DNA from: an uncultured Gemmatimonadales bacterium
GTDB lineage: Bacteria > Gemmatimonadota > Gemmatimonadetes > Gemmatimonadales > GWC2-71-9
Assembly: GCA_963771275.1 (NCBI GenBank)
Contig: CAVYSW010000004.1
Location: 1-34,648 of the forward strand
DNA length: 34,648 nucleotides
Direction of reading: 5' to 3'
In this document: piece by piece, positions 29,247-34,648 of the stretch
Layout: the number at the start of each line of letters is the position of its first letter
Numbering within the stretch: the first letter of the stretch is position 1
Notes under the pieces: model-generated
The model's input: only the letters and a program-made list of their open reading frames with translations
What the model was told of the DNA's origin: nothing
Database searches by the model: none
Position numbers and translations under genes: made by a program

Positions 29247-29887
29247 GCCGGCCTGTCGCCTGGCTGCCGGCGCTCCTGATGGGGGTGGGCGCCCTGTTCA
29301 CGGTCGGCGTGAACCTGCAGCGCGCCCTGCCGCTGCGGGAGCCGCTCGCCGCGGCAGTGCCCGTCGAGCTGGCAGGTGGAACCGGCACGGACGCGGCGCT
29401 CTCGGATGATGAGGCGCGGGTGGCCGGAGTCACCACGTATCTGCTCCGCAACTTCGAGCCGCGCGACACCGCGGGTGCTTTCCTCCCGTTCTCCGTCTAC
29501 GTGGGCTACTACGACAGTCAGACGCAGGGGAGAACGATCCACTCGCCGAAGAACTGTCTCCCGGGCTCCGGGTGGGAAGCGCTCGCCTCGACCCAGGTGG
29601 ACCTCGACACGCCCGCGGGACCGGTCCGGGTGAATCGCTACCTGCTCCAGAACAAGGCGGCGCAGGCACTGGTGCTGTACTGGTATCAGGGCCGCGGGCG
29701 CGTGGAGAGCAACGAGTACGTCGTGAAATGGGACCTGCTGCGGGACGCGGCGCTCAAGCAGCGCAGCGAGGAGGCGCTCGTGCGTGTGGTCGTGCCCGTC
29801 ACGGATGGAGAAGAGCACGCCTTCCGGGTCGCCGCCCAGGCGGCGTCCCTGCTGGTTCCCGCGGTCTACCGCGCCCTCCCAAGCTGA
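29243..29887 (+). CDS. epsI: Exosortase-associated protein EpsI
   Basis: SVYVGYYDSQTQGRTIHSPKNCLPGSGW, LVLYWYQGRGR, ALVRV. Confidence 0.9.
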   Translation: MSRPVAWLPALLMGVGALFTVGVNLQRALPLREPLAAAVPVELAGGTGTDAALSDDEARVAGVTTYLLRNFEPRDTAGAFLPFSVYVGYYDSQTQGRTIHSPKNCLPGSGWEALASTQVDLDTPAGPVRVNRYLLQNKAAQALVLYWYQGRGRVESNEYVVKWDLLRDAALKQRSEEALVRVVVPVTDGEEHAFRVAAQAASLLVPAVYRALPS

Positions 29888-29894
29888 TCCGTTT

Positions 29895-30161
29895 CACCGC
29901 AGAGAACGCAGAGCCCGACTTGACAGCTGTGCACCGCAGAGTACGCAGAGAACGCAGAGGCCTCATCTGCTGCGGGAAGATCTACTGTCTCTGCGTCCAT
30001 GATCTGTCCGCAGAGCACGCAGAGCCGGTGACAGCTGCACCGCAGAGTGCGCAGAGACCGCAGGGTCTCATGCTACTGCAGGAGCACCTACTGTCTCTGC
30101 GTTCTCTGCGATCTCTGCGGTTTCTCAGCTTTCTCTGCGGTTTCTCAGCTTTCTCTGCGGT
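29895..30161. repeat. 9-nt-period CGCAGAG complex inverted/direct repeat between convergent epsI and GT2
   Basis: Terminal IR ACCGCAGAGAA/TTCTCTGCGGT; about 95 nt imperfect direct repeat (29898-29996 vs 30009-30102); exact 20 nt duplication 30121-30160. Confidence 0.9.
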
Positions 30162-31379
30162 TCAGCCGCCACACACTCTCACTTGCGCCCCGGCCCTTGC
30201 GGGACCAGCGCTCCCCGAGACGGCGCGCCGAGTGGGCTCCCAGGTCGGGGTCATGTCCCCGCGCAGGGCGTTGATCCACGCGTGGATGCCAGCGATCAGA
30301 CCCCAGATCACATAGGCGGGGATCGCGACGATATGCGGCAGCCGTTGATCAGGTCTGAACCACCCGATGGCGGCGCACAAGCTGGCGAAAACGAACGCCG
30401 CCGTAATTGGGAGCCGTAGCGAAGGAACCTCGCCAGCGGCGAGCAGCGCGCCCGCCATCCCCAGTACCACGGCCCAAGGCACCAGCCAGCGCGCCAGCTT
30501 GTGGCTGATCACCATCCAGGAGAAGCGCCCGTGACGCAGCGGGTTCATCAGGTGGCGCTTGTAGAACAGCGTCTGGAGGCCTCGGCTCATCGTACGCACC
30601 TTGCGCCGGTACTCGCGCCGGAGCGATAGCGCGCGCGGCACGAAGCAGACCGCGTCGCGCACCGACACCGAGCGGTACCCGTGCTCGTGGGCGATCAGTG
30701 GTGCGGCGAAGTCGCGGCTCAGCGCTTCGGGCACGATCTCTTTGTGCAACTCGATCCGGCTCGCGTAGAAGCAGCCGGATGCCCCCACGATGCCCCCAGC
30801 GGCCGTCTCGAGATCGCGCACCCACATCTCGTAGCCCACATACCCGGACTCCCCGACGTTCGCATCGTCCTCCACCCGCGCGACACTGACGTCCCGCCCG
30901 GATGCGACGCCGACCGACGGGTCGCGGAACGCTGCGATGAGCGGCTTCAGGGCCCCGGGGCGGAGCCTGACGGACGCGTCCGTGTTGACGACGACTCCCC
31001 CCCGGAGGTGCGCTCGGGCCGCGTTTTCAGCGGCGGTCTTCCCCCCGCGCTCCGGCAGGCGGATCAGCTCGACTCCGCGGGCTTCGTAGGATCGCACGAT
31101 CTCGTCGGTCCGGTCGGTGGAGGCGTCGGACACCACGAGCATCTGCAACCGGTCGCGTGGGTAATCGAGCTCGAGCAAGCGGTCCAGGGTCGCGGCGATC
31201 GCCGCCTCCTCGTTGTACGCCGGGACCGTGATGCTCACCGCCGGCCAGTCGGGGGTGGCGCGAGCGCCCACGCCGTCGCGCCTGCCACGGGCGATCAGCC
31301 AGAGGAGGACGGGGTAGCCGGCATACGCGTACAACGGCACCGCCGCCGCCGCGGCAAGGACGATCCAGAGGATCACCAT
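30162..31379 (-). CDS. Glycosyltransferase family 2
   Basis: N-terminal TM, VSITVPAYNEE, VVSDASTDRT, GKTAA, VNTDA, RRKVR, C-terminal TMs. Confidence 0.92.
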   Translation of the reverse strand: MVILWIVLAAAAAVPLYAYAGYPVLLWLIARGRRDGVGARATPDWPAVSITVPAYNEEAAIAATLDRLLELDYPRDRLQMLVVSDASTDRTDEIVRSYEARGVELIRLPERGGKTAAENAARAHLRGGVVVNTDASVRLRPGALKPLIAAFRDPSVGVASGRDVSVARVEDDANVGESGYVGYEMWVRDLETAAGGIVGASGCFYASRIELHKEIVPEALSRDFAAPLIAHEHGYRSVSVRDAVCFVPRALSLRREYRRKVRTMSRGLQTLFYKRHLMNPLRHGRFSWMVISHKLARWLVPWAVVLGMAGALLAAGEVPSLRLPITAAFVFASLCAAIGWFRPDQRLPHIVAIPAYVIWGLIAGIHAWINALRGDMTPTWEPTRRAVSGSAGPARAGAQVRVCGG

Positions 31380-32500
31380 GAAGCGACCGCCCCGTCCGAA
31401 GTCGCTCGCGCGGCGTAGATCGCCTCGTACCGGTCGAGCCAGGGGTCGAGCGCGAACGCGGCATCCACACGCGCCCGCGCGGCGCGGGCCCGCTCCTGCG
31501 CCCCTGCCGGGTCGTCCAGGACTGCGGCGATCGCGTCGCCGAGCCCAGCCGGGTCGTCCGGGGGCACGAGCACCGCCTCGCGCGGCCCGACGACGTCGGG
31601 CACGCCCCCCACCGCAGTCACCACGAGCGGCACGCCCGCACGGACGCCTTCGAACAGCAGGATAGGGGTCCCCTCCGAGCGCGAGCTCAGCACGAGGGCA
31701 TCGAACGCCTTCAGCAGACGGCCGGCTCCGGGCATCGCCCCATGCCACGTCACGCGCCCCACCATCCCGTGGCGCTCGGCAAGGCGGCGCAACGCGCCTT
31801 CCATCGGACCGGCACCAATCAAGGCGGCGTGGGCCGCGTGCAAGCGGGGGATCGCCAAGGCTGCAAGGAACAAGTCGGGTGCCTTCTCGGCAGTGAACCG
31901 CCCAACCCAGCCAACGATCGGCCCGCGCACGGCCTCCAGCCCGAGGGCTGCGCGTGCTGCGTCGCGGTCCAGCGGCTCCGGGTCGTCGGGCGCGGCGTTC
32001 GGCACCATATGGAGGACCTCGTCGGGCACGCCCGCCGATCGCAGCTCGTGTCGGAGCTGGCGCGACACCGCGACGACGGCGTCGAACCGGCGGAGGCTCC
32101 GGCGATCGAGGGCCTCATAGATCCGGTTGCGCCAATCTCCCCCCGTGAAGCCGTGCACGGTGGACACCGTACGCAGCGACAAGCGGCGGCCGACCGGTCC
32201 GTCCACGACATCCGACCGGTACCCATGCGTGTGGAGCACCTCCGCCCCGACCGATCGACAGTAGTCTGCCACGAACCGACGCTCGCGGCGATAAGCCCGA
32301 GTGCGCACTGTTACGGCGACGACGACCGCGCCGGTCCCATCCATCTGCCGCAACGCGGGGTGGTCGGCGACGGGCGCGTCACCTGTCACAGTGAGCACGT
32401 GCACCTGGTGCCCGCGCCGGGCATGGCCGCCGGCCAGCGCACCCACGACGCGCTCCAGCCCCCCGAACCCGGCGGGCGCCAACACATGCACGATTCTCAT
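31373..32500 (-). CDS. Glycosyltransferase family 4
   Basis: MRIVHV..GGLER, HTHGYR, VGRFTAEKAP, SSRSEGTPILLFE, TAVGGVPDVV. Confidence 0.92.
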   Translation of the reverse strand: MRIVHVLAPAGFGGLERVVGALAGGHARRGHQVHVLTVTGDAPVADHPALRQMDGTGAVVVAVTVRTRAYRRERRFVADYCRSVGAEVLHTHGYRSDVVDGPVGRRLSLRTVSTVHGFTGGDWRNRIYEALDRRSLRRFDAVVAVSRQLRHELRSAGVPDEVLHMVPNAAPDDPEPLDRDAARAALGLEAVRGPIVGWVGRFTAEKAPDLFLAALAIPRLHAAHAALIGAGPMEGALRRLAERHGMVGRVTWHGAMPGAGRLLKAFDALVLSSRSEGTPILLFEGVRAGVPLVVTAVGGVPDVVGPREAVLVPPDDPAGLGDAIAAVLDDPAGAQERARAARARVDAAFALDPWLDRYEAIYAARATSDGAVASW

Positions 32501-32756
32501 CGCTTCATCGTTCCGCTGTCCGAATGCCGGGGTCAAGTTCCGTGCCCCCTGCGGCACTTGTGGCACTCAGCCGTTTCTGCGCAGACGCGGGGATTGTGGC
32601 GATCGCGCAACGCCGACTCCCCTGGCTTCTCATGCTGGTGCCACGAGCGCACTTAAGTCATTGACAAGCAGCATATTATGGCCATCCTTCTCAACCGCGT
32701 CACTGAGTCCGGGACTTGCTCCCGGAGGTGGGCACGTGGTCGGCAGGCCGCTGCGT

Positions 32757-32792
32757 TCGAAAGGTACTTCAGGGTCGAAAGGTACTTCAGGG
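32757..32792 (+). repeat. 18-nt perfect tandem duplication immediately before the methyltransferase start
   Basis: TCGAAAGGTACTTCAGGG x2, followed by ATG 32793. Confidence 0.85.
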
Positions 32793-34089
32793 ATGACATC
32801 CGTCCGAACCAAGACCCAGGCCGATCCCCGGCTCGTCACCCACACCGGCGCCCCGCGCGCGGGCTGCTGTCGTTTTTGCGGCGCACCCCTGCGCCACCTG
32901 GTGACCGACCTGGGCATGTCGCCGCTGTGCGAGAGCTACCTCCGCGTCGATCAACTGAACCAGATGGAGCCGTTCTACCCGCTGGTGGTCTACGTCTGCG
33001 ACCGCTGCTTCCTCGTGCAGTTGGAGCAGTTCGTGAGCGGGGAGGAGATCTTTCGAGACTACGCGTATTTCTCGTCCTATTCCGACAGCTGGCTCGATCA
33101 CTGCCGCCGCTACACCGAGCAGATGATCCGGCAGCTTCCGCTCGACTCGCGCAGCTTCGTGGTGGAGGTCGCGAGCAACGACGGATACCTGCTGCAGTAC
33201 TTCGTCGAGCGCGGTATCGCTTGCCTCGGCATCGAGCCCGCAAGGAACGTGGCCGAAGTGGCGGTGGCAAAGGGTGTCCCAACGCTGACGGAGTTCTTCG
33301 GGGTGGAGCTGGCCACCCGGCTCGCGCGCGAGGGGAAGCGCGCCGACCTGCTGCTCGGCAAGAACGTGCTCGCCCAGGTGCACGACGTGAACGACTTCGT
33401 GGGGGGCATGAAGGTCCTGCTCAAGCCGCGCGGCACGATCACCATTGAGTTCCCCCACCTCGAGCGGCTGGTCGCCGAGAACCAGTTCGATACGATCTAC
33501 CACGAGCACTTCTCCTACTTCTCGTTCGTGAGCGCCGAGACGCTGTTCGCGGCGCACGGGCTCACGCTGTTCGACGTCGAGGAGGTGCCGACGCACGGTG
33601 GGTCGCTCCGGATCTATGCCCGCCACGCGGAGGACGGCTCGCGCCCGGTCACTGAGCGCGCCGTCGCCCTGCGGGCGCGGGAGCTGGACGCCGGGGTCGC
33701 CACGCTCGGGTACTACGCGGCGTTCAATGAGCAGGTGCGCGACACCAAGCGCAAACTGCTCGAGTTCCTGATCCGGGTCCGGCGCGAGGGCAAGACGGTG
33801 GTGGGCTACGGGGCGCCCGGCAAGGGCAACACATTGCTCAACTACTGCGGCGTGCGGGCCGATTTCCTGGATTACACGGTGGACCGGAGCCCCCACAAGC
33901 AGGGCAAGTTCCTCCCCGGCACGCACATTCCGATCTACGCGCCGGAGCGCATCTTCGAGACCAAGCCAGACTACGTCTTGATTCTGCCCTGGAATTTGAA
34001 GAGCTGAGGTCATCAAGCAGATGGCCGGGATTCGCGAGTGGGGTGGGCGGTTCGTCGTACCGATTCCGGAGGCGACGGTCATCCCGTGA
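32793..34089 (+). CDS. NDP-sugar C-methyltransferase (SAM-dependent, Zn-binding N-terminus); frameshift near 34002
   Basis: CRFC, DLGMSPL, CDRC, EVASNDG, FDTIYHEHFSY, THGGSLR, GYGAPGKGNTL, PWNL; C-terminus REWGGRFVVPIP in the shifted frame. Confidence 0.92.
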
Positions 34090-34623
34090 TCTTCACGGCC
34101 ACGGAGTTGCCGGGCGCGTATCCTGCTGGACCTCGAACGTCCAGGACGACGAGCGCGGGTCGTTCGCGCGCACGTGGTGTCGGCGTGAGTTCGAGGCGCA
34201 CGGGCTGCCGGGTACGTTCGTCCAGTGCAGCGTGTCGTCCAACCGGCGCGCGGCACGCTCCGCGGCCTGCACTATCAGGCGGCACCGCACGCGGAGGACA
34301 AGCTGGTCCGCTGCACGCACGGCGCGATCTGGGACGTCGTGGTCGACCTCCGCCCCGACTCGCCGACCTATCTGCGCCACCTCGGCATCGAGCTGCGGGC
34401 GGAGACCGGGCAGGCGCTGTTCGTCCCCAAAGGGCTCGCGCACGGCTTCCAGACGCTGGAGGACAACACGCAGGTCTTCTACCAGATGACGGAGTTCTAC
34501 GTGCCGGAGGCCGGGCGCGGGGTGCGTTGGAACGATCCCGCGTTCGGGGTCCGGTGGCCGATTCCCGATCCCATTCTCCACCCCCGCGATGCCGCGTATC
34601 CCGACTTCCGGCCCGTGGCCTGA
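34086..34623 (+). CDS. rfbC: dTDP-4-dehydrorhamnose 3,5-epimerase; frameshifts in the 5' half
   Basis: MIFTATELPGAY, DERGSFARTWC, GTLRGLHYQ, KLVRC, DVVVDLRPDSPTY, GLAHGFQTL, RWNDP. Confidence 0.92.
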
Positions 34624-34648
34624 GCCGGGCGGCTCCGCGGACGCGGTG

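Overview
GC-rich bacterial chromosome segment, most likely Gemmatimonadota (inferred from gene content and protein style, not proven). Many single-base frameshifts in essential genes point to a noisy long-read assembly. Layout: (1-1.9 kb) a large Ig-like surface lipoprotein; (2.4-6.3 kb) a toxin-antitoxin/defence patch (Uma2, MNT-HEPN, two small ORFs, AbiEi/AbiEii); (6.4-20.7 kb) a minus-strand run Zn-ribbon ORF-glmS-wza-wecB-alaS-hyp-PHP phosphatase-SDR-cca-ZIP-lhgO-rarA; (21-34.6 kb) an exopolysaccharide/exosortase locus (pseudo-receiver-GGDEF protein, wzc, sigma54 activator, histidine kinase, priming glycosyltransferase, exosortase, EpsI, GT2, GT4, C-methyltransferase, rmlC). The most striking feature is a system of short-period tandem repeats. 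(GTGAAAA)n...(TTTTCAC)n inverted array pairs sit at five gene junctions between 7.8 and 16.7 kb, starting at or near a stop codon and ending 1-40 nt before the next start codon. One pair encloses an antisense four-helix-bundle (23S-IVP/Avd-like) gene. The same and other heptamer repeats are also inserted in frame in rarA, cca, alaS, wecB and a hypothetical gene; in several of these the one unit that would create a stop codon carries a substitution that avoids it.
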